Source of the DNA: Octopus vulgaris
Lineage: Eukaryota
Length of the DNA: 64,000 nt
Direction of reading: 5' to 3'
Assembly: GCA_951406725.2 (NCBI GenBank)
Contig: OX597830.1
Coordinates: forward strand, 63,674,001 to 63,738,000
Part shown: positions 13,505-27,867 of the stretch, piece after piece
How positions within the stretch are numbered: position 1 is the stretch's first letter
How the letters are laid out: each line of letters opens with the position of its first letter
Made by a program: the position numbers and the translations under genes
Notes under the pieces: model-generated
Seen by the model: the letters and a program-made list of their open reading frames with translations, nothing else
What the model was told of the DNA's origin: nothing
The model's database searches: none

Positions 13505-13751
13505 ACAGACACACATATATATATATATATAAGGCCAGGTAAAAAAAAAACACCTCTGTTCAAAATATCACCCATGATGTGGAAAAGTGGCTTCTGCTGT
13601 TTAGAACATCGCTGTTGATTGAAATTCAATCTCTGTTAGTGAAAGTCCCATCTCAGTCATTGAAAAACTAACTCTGAAAAAAAAAAAAAAGGACTGAAAA
13701 AACAACCTTTTCTTCATAACGTATCTTCGTTATTTTTTCTTTTATTTTTTT

Positions 13752-14146
13752 TACTTGTTTCAGTCATTTGACTGCGGTCATGCTGGAGCACCGCCTTAAA
13801 GAATTTTAGCCGAACGAAACGACTCCAGTGCTTATATTTTGTAAAGCCCAGTACGTATTTTATCGGTCTCTTATGCCGAACTGCTCAATTACGGAGACAT
13901 GTACACACCAACACCGGTTGTCAAGAGGTGGTGGAAGATAAACACATACACGAAGACACACACACACACACACACATACATACACGATGGGCGTCTTTAA
14001 GTTTTCCATCTAACAAATCCACTCACAAGGCTTCGGTCGGCCTGAGGCCATAGCAGTAGACACTTGCCCAAGGCGACACACAGTAGGACTGAACCCAGAA
14101 CTATATGCTTGAGAAGCAAACTTCTTACCACACAGCTACGCCTGCA
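13752..14146 (-). mobile_element. SINE family A
   Basis: Reverse complement of full family A layout. Confidence 0.85.
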
Positions 14147-15531
14147 CTTGTTTAAAATCTCATCTCTCTTATCATATCGAAAGCCCAACTTGCATTAAGA
14201 AATGCGTCTATAATTGAAAAACCAGCTCCGTTAAATTTCGCTTATAAAAGCAAGAAAAAAACCCCATGTTGATGAGAATAGTCTCCTGATGTGCAAAAAT
14301 AAGTAAATAAATGAGACGGGGTGGCCACGGCTGAAGCACCTTTGATTGTAAGTCTGCTTATATCACTGCCGGTCAAAGATATGCAGCAACAATTGCAACA
14401 ACCATAACAACAATAACAGCGAAAAAAACAAGACTGAGAACTTAATGAAATCTCACATCTCTAGAAAAAAAAAAAAGAATACATCAAATTAAGCGATCTT
14501 AAATAACGCCATATTTGAAAAAAGATAAGATGGTCACGGTTGGAACATCTTCCATCATAGGTTTCGGAAACAGCAACAATAACAAAAGCACAAACGCTGC
14601 AAAGTCCAAAACCACACAGACAAGTGCAAACACACACGCAAACAAACACACATACGCATAAACACACACACACACACACACACCGGAAACATTGGAGGAA
14701 ACATGGAATTTTTTGAGGAATGGTTTCGTGGTAGGTGACGGCCACAAAGAGAAAAGAGGTTGTTGAAGATTTATTCCGGTGGATTGCAGGAAAGAAGCAT
14801 GGAATTTTTGATGACTACAGTAGCAAGTGACAGGAAACGAGTGACAGAAGTAGTTTATTCTCTGCTTCGGCAGTTCAGAGCGTGAAAAAGAAATATGTTT
14901 GGGAAAATGGTAGGCGCTTCACTGTCGTTGTGCTTTCTCCAGCTTTGGTTATCAGCACCTTTGTTGGCAAAAACTTTTGGATTTGACATTTTCTGAGGCT
15001 GATTCAATAACTTTATCCAGCCTTGCAAATTCCGCCCCGAAGAAAAATACCAGCAAAAACAATACTAAAACCACATTCTCACACTCACACAAAGAAATAA
15101 GTCTATAAAAAAAAAAGAAAAAGAATCATCGAATTAGCATGGTTCGCTTCGTCATTATTTATCTTTCGTTGCAGCTTCAATAACTCTCACTTGAAATTAC
15201 ATTGTTGTAATAACTGACGATGCGTTTGTTTGTGTGTTTCTTGTTCTACCCCACTTTTTTTTTCTTCTGCTGAAAAACACATCGACACGAAATAAGGTAG
15301 AATATATAAACCCGCTACTCGCCTCACCACCACCAACAAAAACAATGGAATGGACATAGTAGAGCCCCATCCATTAAGTGTTTCGATGTGGAATTGTACA
15401 AAACCGTACACACAACAAGCCAGAGTTCCCTAGGCACAGACTAATTTCTTCGCACAGTTCCAAACCCGTGATCTTCAGTTATATAGCTATTATGGCGGTG
15501 GAATGAATGCAATGGAAACCTCATGCACATA

Positions 15532-15708
15532 ATACATACATACATACATACATACATACATACATACATACATACATACATACATGCAAACATACATACA
15601 TACATACATACATACATACATACATACATACATACCTACCTGCATACATACATACATACATACATACATACATACATACATACATGCAAACATACATACA
15701 TACATACA

Positions 15709-15742
<34 letters not shown>

Positions 15743-15885
15743 CATACATAGGTACGTACATACATACATACATACATACAAACATACATACATATATACA
15801 TACATACATACATACATACATACATACATACATACACACACACACATGCATACATACATACATACATATATATATATATATAAAT
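15532..15885. repeat. (TACA)n tetranucleotide array
   Basis: Directly visible. Confidence 0.95.
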
Positions 15886-16460
15886 AATACACATATATAT
15901 TTGTGTATATATATTCCTTGTTTACTAATCATTATGCTTTCTTCAATAATGAACTTAAAGAAATTATTAGCCTCACGCAGTTGTGTAACATTGCACACCA
16001 AGGCTTATAACAACATTGCGAAAAGTAATTTATTTCCTCGTCGTTACAAAAGATAATATTTTTACAGGGGAAATGTTGAGTTGGTATTTTTTGAGGGCGT
16101 TGGAAAGAGGAAAAAGAAGAAAAAAACAAACAAAACAAAAGCAACCGAAATGTTAACAAAGACTTCCATCACGCAAAATTATACACGCGATATCTAATAG
16201 CTACGGTAAATCCCCAAAAAATGTTTGCCCAAAATAGGGTCAAAACAAACAAGAAATTAATTGATTTTTACATGAATTTGCATTGGAATTATAATTACAA
16301 TAATAAAAAGAGCAATAATTTATGCATGCAATAGGTATATTGTGTATATTATGCATGTTATTAAAAGGGATGGGAAGAGGTTTAGTAGAAAACGGGTGTT
16401 GGGGTGAAAATCAAAGTTATATAAAATCAAAGCAACTGACGTGGCTGACATGTTGTATTA

Positions 16461-16463
<3 letters not shown>

Positions 16464-16519
<56 letters not shown>

Positions 16520-16581
16520 TATATATGCGTGTGTTTCCAACCAGGAGAAAACCAAGTGTCTATATCATATATTGTAGTATA

Positions 16582-16641
<60 letters not shown>

Positions 16642-16750
16642 TATGTATATTATATATATATATATTATGTATATATCTATATATTATGTATATATATGTA
16701 TATATATACATATATTATGTATATATATATACATGTATATATATATATAT

Positions 16751-16797
<47 letters not shown>

Positions 16798-16895
16798 ATA
16801 TATATATATTATACATGTATATATATATACATGTATATATATATACATATTATGTATATATATACATGTATATATATATACATGTATATATATAC

Positions 16896-16940
<45 letters not shown>
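16464..16940. repeat. Compound (TA)n array flanking the PLE insertion
   Basis: Directly visible. Confidence 0.9.
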
Positions 16941-16942
<2 letters not shown>

Positions 16943-16943
<1 letters not shown>

Positions 16944-17698
16944 CTTTAAAAGATAGTGGTTTTAGCGAAAAAATAAAATATACACCTATCACTAGCCCAA
17001 CAGTAAGGAAAAGGAATAATAGAAATAGGAAGGTCATCTGGTTTACGCCCCCTTACTCACCCGAGGTGGCCTTCAATATAGGTAAATATTTCCTAGCACT
17101 GATAGATAGACATTTTTCAGTTAACCATGCTTATAGGAAACTCTTCAATAGACACAATTTAAAAATTAGTTTTAGTTCAACTACCAATTTTAAAAACATA
17201 ATCAATCATAACATACAAAAAACACAAGGAGAAAACAGCTGTTCATGCAGGAATAAAGAATTGTGCCCGCTAAATGGAGCTTGCATGTCCAAGACCATCA
17301 TATATGAAGCTACCGTAAACTCTATAACCACTAAAGACACCGTTTCGACGAAGAAATACGTGGGCCTGACAGAGGGTAATTTCAAGGCCAGGTTCAATAA
17401 CCACACTTTGAGCTTTAGGCACTGGAACAAAAGAAAAGCGACACAATTATCCAATCATATTTGGTCTTTAAGAGATAAAGGTGTCGATTATAACATACAA
17501 TGGAAGATTTTGGCCAGATGTAAGCCCTATACTAACGGCAGCGGAAGGTGCGGTTTATGCGACATGGAGAGATGGCTTATCTGGAAAAGCAGCTTAGACC
17601 CTACCACGTGTCTAAATACAAGGACAGAGCTTTTCGGATCATGCCCACATGTGACTAAATTTCTGTTACGTTTTTGGTCCCCTAAAGAAAACGGATAG
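16943..17698 (+). mobile_element. 5'-truncated Penelope-like retroelement ORF: RT C-terminus, Cys-rich linker and GIY-YIG endonuclease (Naiad-like)
   Basis: Stop-free 251-aa frame: [102 protein letters not shown]; flanked by (TA)n on both sides. Confidence 0.9.
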
Positions 17699-17892
17699 AA
17701 CATGCTTTCTGTGTTATGTCCCATGAAGAATTTATATATTTTTATATATTTTTATATATTTTTATGTATTTTTATATAATTTTTATGACGAAAAATGCGA
17801 GCGATGTATAAGTACGCAGGCAAAGCAGAGTTATAACAGAGTAATTTCCCTTCATTTTTAACGGTATTTTTTCATAACGTTTTCAAATAGCC

Positions 17893-17955
17893 AGATAACC
17901 GAAGAGATGGTGTTGTGGATTTCCACTTCGGCATCTGAAACTCAGAGTTTTATCT
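17893..17955 (+). ncRNA. Hammerhead motif in the PLE 3' terminus (core variant CCGAAGA)
   Basis: agataa-CCGAAGA-gatg..catct-GAAA-ctcagag-TT-ttatct; helix I is 6 perfect bp. Confidence 0.65.
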
Positions 17956-17979
17956 TGACTACCGAGTAATGTAACATTG

Positions 17980-18013
<34 letters not shown>

Positions 18014-18512
18014 TATTATGTCAGGTCACTTTCGAGTGCTACTGGTAACATGTAACCCAGTACAACCTGTTGCATGGTCGGGTCGTCGGCGACTAAACCG
18101 GCAACCCCACCAAGCTTGCTTGGTGAGGTTAGTGTTTATTGGTCACCCTGCGGGATGAAAAACAAAACCCGTCAAAGGGCGGAGGAACTCTTGAGAGTCA
18201 ACGGCCATCCAATAAATGTCTTAAGGCTGTATTATGCGCGGGGACATAGAAATAATCGGACTGTATACCCGATCGCGCGGTTAAACCATTGGGAGTGAAG
18301 GACTCCTAGCTTTTGTTAGGGCATCCTCCAAGGAGAAGGTAACTCAGGTAACTGGGATAACTCCGACTTAAAACCTGGGTCACCCGTGAAGAGTAAGTAG
18401 AACTTTTGCTTTTTAATGACTGCACAGTTAAGGGAAGGCTTGTTTTTTTCTGCATAGTAGCCATACTGAAAGAAACAGTATGGAAGACGCGTGTGAAAGG
18501 CATAGTGACAGG

Positions 18513-18667
18513 CATCGACCCCAGTCTTTCACTGGTACTTAATTTATCGACCCTAAAAGGATGAAAGGCAAAATCGACTTCGGCGAATTTTGAACCTAGA
18601 GCATAAAGACGGGCAAAATGCTTCGTGGCATTTTGCCCGGCGTCCTAGCGATTCTGCCAGCTCGCCA
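18513..18667 (-). mobile_element. SINE family C
   Basis: Reverse complement of family C head and central domain. Confidence 0.78.
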
Positions 18668-18672
18668 CTTTA

Positions 18673-18755
<83 letters not shown>

Positions 18756-18760
18756 CAGAA

Positions 18761-18791
<31 letters not shown>

Positions 18792-18850
18792 AAGAAGAAG
18801 AAGAAGAAGAAGAAGAAGAAGAAGAAGAAGAAGAAGAAGAAGAAGAAGAA
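18673..18850. repeat. Compound (GAT)n(AAT)n(AAG)n microsatellite
   Basis: Directly visible. Confidence 0.95.
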
Positions 18851-19871
18851 AGGCATCGTATATTTCGTTACAAACCTGACATTCAAGAAAACGAAAGTGT
18901 CAGGAGTCTACTGAGCGTCAGAGAAACGGTTGTAGCAAGATATTTCTTAACACTACAAACCACCTCTCCAACGCAAAATAAATAAGTATACATGTAAATA
19001 AATACGTAAATAAATAAATAAAATAAATAAGCCTCTACTGTGCATCACGGAGGACATCACTGTAAGAAAGACAATAAATCAATCATCATCGCAGTTGTAA
19101 AATTCTCCTATAAAATTGAATTAGCCTTACAATATGTGAACTCCAAACTAAAGGCAGAAACTGATGTGGAAGATACAAATGGCAAATATTATTATGGCCA
19201 ATAATTGCGTGAGTTGAATGTCACACTTGTCAATAAAAAAAAAAATACTATCTCTGGCTTAAATGAGACATAAAAAGCAATAGAATTCGCCATACGGGAA
19301 GGAGCCATTATCACTAGGTGCATTGAGAATTTTTTTTTTTGAAATTCCCATAATACGGATGATAAATGTCGCCCATACCGCTAGTTTACTAGAATAACAT
19401 ACCATATATCATGATAACTGAACACTTGCCTCCCTCACAAGGTATACTTGAAGATATAGCCAACATTGTAGCGTGTCTGCTACACATATATACGATGTCG
19501 ACTAATTTGATGTTCTTACCTAAATCTACCTGGCTTATAAAATGACAACGCAATTATTATAATGATTAGACATTTTTGATAATTTCATATGTCAGGTGGT
19601 GTTTCGTATGAGTTCACAAAATGACAATGTAACGAGACTATAAGGAAACTTCTTGCCGGTTGTTCGCTGTGCTAGAAAAAACAGCCAAATCTCTCTCTCT
19701 AAGGTCACATTTTGCCGTCTCAAATGAAGACTGTTTCAGAAGCTGTCGTCCCTGATATGCTAAAATATGGTTTGTTTTTTGTTTTATGTGTAAAAGGGAA
19801 GAGGAGCGCCACCTTGATTGAAATAATGATGGGAGAATCACGAAATAAATAGATATGCTTTTATTCTGTCA

Positions 19872-20086
19872 CTTGTTTCAGCTATTTGCTGGAGCACCAC
19901 TTTTTAGTCGAAAAAAATCGAACCCAGGACTTATTCTTTGTAAGCCTACTACTTATTCTATCGGGCTCTTTTCCCGAACTGCTAAGTAACGGGGACATAA
20001 ACACACCAACTTCGGTTATCAAGCGATGGCGGGGGGACAAACACAGACACACAAATACATACATACAAACATACAAACATACATTC

Positions 20087-20152
<66 letters not shown>

Positions 20153-20298
20153 GACGGGCTTCTTTCAGTTCCTATCTACCAAATCCTCTCACAAGGCTTT
20201 GGTTGGCTCGAGGCTATAGTAAAAGACACTTGCCCATGGTGCCACGCAGTGGGACTGAACCCGGAACCACGTGGTTAGGAAGCAAGCTTCTTGCCACG
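19872..20298 (-). mobile_element. SINE family A
   Basis: Reverse complement of family A layout. Confidence 0.85.
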
Positions 20299-20850
20299 TC
20301 TGTGCAATTGTGGACGAAAGAAGGTAGAATTATTCACACAACAATTTACTGTTAGATGCTATCCGCATAAGAAAATGCGTGTTTGTGTGTGTGATTATGT
20401 GTGTATGTGTGTCTGTGTGTGTAATTATATGTGTACTGCATGTGTGAATTTGCATTTTTGTGTAATGTGTATGCGTATATGTATATGTGTATATGTGTGT
20501 TTGTATGTGTGCGTGAGTGTATGTGTGTGTACGTGAGCGTATGCAGTGTGTGTGTGTGTCTGTGTGTATACGTATAAAATTAGTCAGTAAGCCAGTACCC
20601 CTAACCTTAGGACCATTTCGTTTTTAAATAATTAAATAAGCACAGCCGTCACTTGCAAACGAGTATGAGGTTTTGGCATGTACGATGCTTTCGCTAATGG
20701 CTTAGGTCCCTATGTAGTCACGGTTAGACCCTACTCGTCTCCTTCACGTTTGACCCAGCGGGACATCCATGGTGTGCCCACTGGAGGCAGAGAAAGGATC
20801 CTACTAGCCCCTGACTGATGCGCATTTTTTATTGATTAGATTGGAGCAGT

Positions 20851-21148
20851 GAAGGAACGTGGCCTAGTGGTTAGGGTGTAACGCTCAAGAGTATAAGATC
20901 GTGGGTTCGATTCCCGGATGGTTGGTGTGTTGTATTCTTGAGCAAAACATTTCATTTCATGCTGCTCCCGTCCATTCAGTTGTAAATGAGTCCCAGCAGT
21001 TGCTGGGAAGTTGACTCCGTGACAGACCGGCATCCCACACAGGGGGTGGGGGGACAAGGTGAGGAATATTGTAATCTCAGTCACTTAAACGCGATAGACT
21101 AAGTTAAACTCCGCTCCTATGGGAGCTAGGGCTCATAAGGATCCGAAG
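20851..21148 (+). mobile_element. SINE family D (tRNA head, cttgagcaa..gtaaatgagt central domain)
   Basis: A box TGGCCTAGTGG and B box GGTTCGATTCC; related pieces at 43438-43703 and 47072-47245. Confidence 0.75.
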
Positions 21149-22011
21149 TCTAAGATTAGAGCAATGTAAAATGAATTCCTTGCTCAAGGATTCAATGACA
21201 CCTAGGACAAGGAATCGAACCCACGATTTTATGATCTTGGGGTGAACATCTCCCTAACCCTGTGATAGTTTCAAGCGCACACACACACACACTTATATTC
21301 ACATATACACAAGCATATAAACATGACATATGGTATAATTATAAACAGGGCAAATTTTAACCATTTCTCCGCAGACTGAACAAACGATGAACAGCCTTAA
21401 TTTCTCAATAAGATTTTCGAATCTTATTGAGTTCTCATCAGAGGCGTCCACATCCCCCAGAGAAACAAGCAGCCAAACTGTTTATATACTGAACAAATGC
21501 AGCAGTTACTCTATGAAGGAGTCCCTAATTTGCATACCGAAAGTGTTAATACAAACACCTTTGAACTTCTCTGCATTATGAAGTGAAATGTAAGATCGTT
21601 TCTACCCTGATGAGGGAGGCTCGATTTATCCATTGTTGATTGTTTCCATTTCGGTCGCATATTGGGAAGAACTACATCTACCAACATTATTATGAATTTC
21701 TGAGCCCCCCAGAAACGGCTGTTGGACTTAAAACACCTTTCTTCCTCCCCTTTAATTTTCTCTATCATTTGTACTCTGCGTAAGTTGGATCTATTAATAT
21801 AAAAATCAATATATTTATGCTTAAATATTCATCGTCTGAATGTCTTCTCCTTTTGCTTTCTCCCGTTTTTGCATGTATACATATATACATATTTTGTATT
21901 TCATACCCATATTGTTATATCTAATATATGTAATTTGTTTATTTGCATAATTGCCTCCATACTACAAACACAATACCCATCCAAACATACACACATACAC
22001 ACACACACACA

Positions 22012-22048
<37 letters not shown>

Positions 22049-22959
22049 TTTTAAATTCCCCAACTAACCCCTACCGTACACAGTGGACAGTTTAGGGAGA
22101 TAAAAACATTTGTTTAGACTCGTTGTTTGCATTAGACACTAGACTAAAACGGCGGTTGTATCATATATTTTAGATTAAAATTATAGATTCTCCAATATAT
22201 ATACTGTAAATAAATCATTAATTAATTAATTATTAATTACTGTTGTCATATCACGATTGCGACGACTACACCTGCGACCACCTCTAACACCACAACGATA
22301 TCACAAGTACCATCACAACCATCACCATCACGATTACTATCAATCCTACCACCACTGTCACTACTCCCTGCCATTACCACCATTATTATCACCATCACCA
22401 CCATTACCACCGCCAACATTACCACCACCACAACCACGAACTTTACACCACCGAGACCACCATCACAACCATCAAGCCATCATCACCACCATCACCATCA
22501 TCACCACTACGACCACCATCAATGCTACTATTACCACCATCAATACCACCACAACGGAAACAAAAGGGAAGCCTCTACGTGGTTGCTTGATTTCCTAGAA
22601 CTAACTACCTTAACTTACTCAAATCGCATTTAAATAATTGATTGTCTAGTGAGTGAAAATGGTGGACGAAAATTGTGCGTGCGTCGTTTATATAATGTCA
22701 TGTGACGATATGCTTAGCGCCGCAAGTTAAAGCTGTTACGATTGAGTGAACATAACTAGTGACAATTCCAATCAATCAAGCCTATCTGAATTTTATCTGT
22801 CAATTGTGGTAGAGAAAGATCATGCCTTAGAAATATTTGTCACTTGTATGTGCGTTAATATTATACGACTATATTTTCTGTGCCAAAAAATTAAAGCTGA
22901 CACGGTTGAGTGCACATGTTTAGGGACAGTACCACAACAAGGCTCTCGAAATTTAATCT

Positions 22960-23290
22960 AGAGGAGACAAACAAGGACAGACAAACGGATCAAGTTGATT
23001 ACATCGACCCCAGTGCATAACTGGTACTTAATTTATCGACTCCGAAAGGATGAAAGACAAAGTCAACCTCGGCAAAATTTGAACTCAGAACGTACCTATT
23101 TCTTTACTACCCACAAGGGGCTAAACACAAAGAGAACAAACAAGGACAGACAAACGGATTAAGTCGATTATATCGACCTCAGTGCGTAACTGGTACTTAT
23201 TTAATCGACCCCGAAAGGATGAAAGGCAAGGTCTAACTCGGCGGAATTTGAACTCAGAACGTTGCGGCAGACAAAATACCTAAGCATTTC
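22960..23290 (-). mobile_element. SINE family C, tandem-duplicated body
   Basis: Two consecutive units of acaaacaaggacagacaaacggat..atcgacc..gaaaggatgaaag..gaactcagaacgt. Confidence 0.85.
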
Positions 23291-23881
23291 TTAGTTTGTA
23301 TTTTTCTATGAATATATTTTCTTTGTTTACCGTGCTTCTATATATATCGTTGTTATTATGTTAAACTGTCGTATGTCCAAATTTGGCCTAAGGCGTTTTT
23401 TTTTTTAATATTTTCCCTCGCAATAGCCGGTTCTTTTGGTCAAACTATCGTATCTCTTCAGATGCCAAGATATCAAAGATTGTCAAAGTGTTATACAAGT
23501 TTGCTATGGAATGGTGAAACTATTTTTTCGTTTTCTGAAAAAAAAAGCAACGGTTTAGACTTACGATACTTTTACATAATAGCAATGATATATGTTTATA
23601 TATATATGTATATATATACGTTTATACCATTTCAGTCGCGGGTCATTCGAACACAAGACAGCTAAAAAACAACCACGTGGTTCCTGTTGAGACCAGTAAG
23701 AAACAATTATGCACTATTCTATTACACTTAACTTTTCAAAATATTTTTGATAAGGTTCGTTTTTCCAAGAACCGAAACATGTAAAATTTCTAAGAAAATT
23801 AAAATTTATCTAATATAGTGGCGTTTTCAAACTTATTTTTTACAAATATATACCCACTCGTATACGATCTACACTTATTAG

Positions 23882-24409
<528 letters not shown>

Positions 24410-24583
24410 CGTTTATATATTTGTTTTGCAAGATTTTTGATGTGAAATCGTGTTGAAACAGATATTGTTGTATTTAGGACTGGTCATTTTGCCAGTTTAG
24501 CCAATAAAAACACACACACTATATATTTGGTGTTACTTTACTTCAGCGTTATTCATTTTTTGCATTAATCTTAATCTTATTTC

Positions 24584-24628
24584 GGCCAGAGTTCTTTCGT
24601 CACACTCCTGTGACCGCATCAGTGGTCC
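24584..24628 (-). ncRNA. Minimal hammerhead-like motif with A9-to-C core variant
   Basis: Minus strand: ggacca-CTGATGC-ggtcacaggagtgtgac-GAAA-gaac-TC-tggcc. Confidence 0.45.
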
Positions 24629-26507
24629 TTTGCTTTCTTCTTTCTTTATTTGTGTGAAACGTTCGTAGGGACTAAATATATATATATATATATTGGTGAA
24701 TACTAGTTATCGCCATACTAATATTGGTGATTGTCTTAATTTTCCACCATACATACATGCATGCATACATACATATATACATAGATACATTTCTGTATGT
24801 GTGTGTGCATGTATGTGTGTGTGTGTGCGCGCTTGTGTGTGAATGTCTGTGCATATTTGTGCTTGTCTACCTCATCACTTCACAACCGGTGTTGGTTTGT
24901 TTACGTTCCCGAGACCGCCAGTATAACTGCCGGACTTCAAAACAATAGAAAACTATTTATTGGGGTCAAATTGTTCGACTTGACCTTTCAAAGCGGGGGC
25001 CCCAGCATGGCCAGCTGCAGTCTAATGACCGAAACAAGTTAAGGGATAAAAGATAAAATATGAACGTAGAACATATTAAATTATGGATTTCTAGGCACAC
25101 TTTATGTGGAAAAAAGTCCCTTGATGGTCATCGATGAAACGCTTGCGAGGCTGACCAGTGGCTAAGCGATGACCTATGCCTTCTACTATCATCATTGTTA
25201 CTGCTACCACTATTGCAAGTACTACAACAACCAGCACCGCCGCCACCACCACCACCATTACCACCACCATCACCCCTTTCTTCCACCACTACAACCATCA
25301 CCACCAAGTACTAACATCGTCATCACCGCCACTTGTAGGGCCATAACCACCACAACCTCCTCCACCACCATCGCCTCCATCATCATTACCATCATTTCCA
25401 CCATTACTTCCACCTCCACTACAACAACCACAACCACAACCACCACCACCACCACCACCACCACCACCATCAACAACAACAACACCAATATGACCATCAT
25501 TAGATGTAACACGTTGTGCCAGTGTTGACCAATGGACATTGAGTGTTGTAATGGACAATGGCTGAGTGTCTGTGGACAATTGGGGGACTTGCACTTGAGC
25601 AAGGAGGAGACGAGGAGGAGGAAGTGGCAGAGGAGAAGGGGAAGTGGATGAGATGAAGAGGAGAGTGAAGGAGTGGAGAGGAGGATGTTGTGGTGGTGGC
25701 GGTGGTGATGAGGAAGAAGAGGAGGAAATTGTCGACGACGACGGTGATGATCATTAGGTTGCTGCTGATGGTGATGCTGATGGTGACGTAGTTGACGATG
25801 ATGGTGTGGTGGTGGTGGGGGGTAGTGGTGATGATGAAGATGATGATGATGATGAAGAAGAAGAAGGAGAAGAAGAAAGTGATGATGAAGAAAGCAAAAG
25901 AAGACAATGAAGAAGAAGAAGAAGAAGAAGAAGAAGAAGAAGAAGAAGAAGAAGGAAGAAGAATGCTACGCTAGAGATAAAACGGCAGTTTCTGTAGTGG
26001 TGCTGGTAATGGTGGTGGTCGTGGTGGTGGTTGTGGTAGAGGTGGTGAGACGGCTGTGATCTGTGGTGGCGGTGGTAGTGTTGCAGTTAAAATATATAAA
26101 TAGAAAAAAAAAGAAAAAAGAATCGTTAATTGACGAAGCTAAATCTTATATTTCTTAATTATCAGGCCATTTGCCATTTGCCAGAGAAAGTCCTTATGTT
26201 TTAGTGCCGGAAAAATCCACTATTAGATTAGGAATTCTTCAAATAATGGATGTGGCACCGATTTTGGCAGAGAAAATTCGATTAGCTATCGGTTTTGCTC
26301 TTCATTTCATCGTAGCCGGATCAAAGATTCTACATGTTTTTACGTTACATAGACAGCATAAAGAGCTTTCGGCAACAGATGGTGGATTCTTTATAGGGAA
26401 CTGTCTTCAACTTGTCTGTCTATCTCTTGTTTAATAACGCATCAGAATAGTTATCTCTCTGTCGCTCTCTCTCTCGTTCCATCTCTCTTTGTCTGTACAT
26501 GCGTGTG

Positions 26508-26568
<61 letters not shown>

Positions 26569-26739
26569 GTGTATGTGTGTGTGTGTGTACGTGTGTTATG
26601 TGTGTGTACGCCTCTGTGCATCAATGTGTATAAACATATTTTATAGTCTATCAATCTATCTGTCTGTCTGTCTGTCTTCGCCTGCGTGTTTGCTTTCATA
26701 TATATATATATATATATATGTATGTATATATAATATGTA

Positions 26740-27058
<319 letters not shown>

Positions 27059-27234
27059 GTGAAATAGAAAGATGAATAATCTTGTTGCAGATTAATCAAA
27101 AGTTTAACCGATACCTTGGTAGCAAAAATCACAGCAGAAGACAGCACGGTTGGAGGTACAACCATATGGTGTTGCAACCGTGCGTTGGTGCGGATAATTG
27201 AATTTTAATATTCTAGTGAATTGAAGAAATGGAG

Positions 27235-27574
27235 TTGAACGAAGATTGAACAGAAATCGTTTTATTTCATTCTACGTGTTGAAGCTTTGAATAATGAGAC
27301 CATATTGTCTTTTTCAGAAGAAATAGAAATCCGTTGGAAAAACAAAAGAACAGAGGAGCAAACAAATCTAGGCTCCTAAGAGCCCATGGCCAAACTCATG
27401 GGCTCTTAGGAGCCTAGTTCGATTTGTTTGCTCCGCCTCTGTTCTGTTTTTGTTTTTCCAACGGATTTCTATTTCTTCCTGAAGAGAAAGACAAATATGG
27501 TCTCATTATTCAATCGCAAATTGTGCAACACGTGTAGAATGAAATAAAACGATTTCTGTTCAATCTTCGTTCAA
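27235..27574. repeat. Foldback of about 340 bp (inverted PLE-like terminus) with a degenerate hammerhead at about 27471-27545
   Basis: Arms 27235-27388 and 27397-27574; + arm has atttcttc-CTGAAGA..GCAA-cacgtg-TA-gaatgaaat. Confidence 0.8.
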
Positions 27575-27579
27575 ATTCA

Positions 27580-27626
<47 letters not shown>

Positions 27627-27776
27627 CAAAGTGGAGTTGTGGGGTTGTGCCCAATATTTTAAGGAACTTGTTGAACTTTTTTATGTCCTTAACATGTCCC
27701 TGTCACCAAAGACTGTATATATGTAATGTAGCAATTTGCAATAACCAATAATTAACGCAACCAAACTTCTACATGT

Positions 27777-27819
27777 TACTTTTGACAATCTTTTTCCAAA
27801 GAGTGAAACCGGTAAAGTA
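27777..27819 (+). ncRNA. Decayed minimal hammerhead motif
   Basis: tactt-TTGACAA-tcttt ttcc aaaga gt-GAAA-ccgg-TA-aagta; core differs from CTGACGA by two transitions. Confidence 0.45.
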
Positions 27820-27867
27820 AATAAACATCTTTTAAATTGCATTTTCAAACCTTCTTTCGTATATATA

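Noticed and set aside
17700-17890. SECIS element downstream of the PLE ORF
   Set aside because: No in-frame UGA in the preserved ORF, and no convincing AUGA..AA..GA stem seen by eye
20690-20825. HDV-like ribozyme
   Set aside because: One hairpin is visible, but the nested double pseudoknot could not be assembled
22960-23290. CRISPR-like or satellite array
   Set aside because: Only two long SINE units; no short repeat-spacer periodicity and a eukaryotic context
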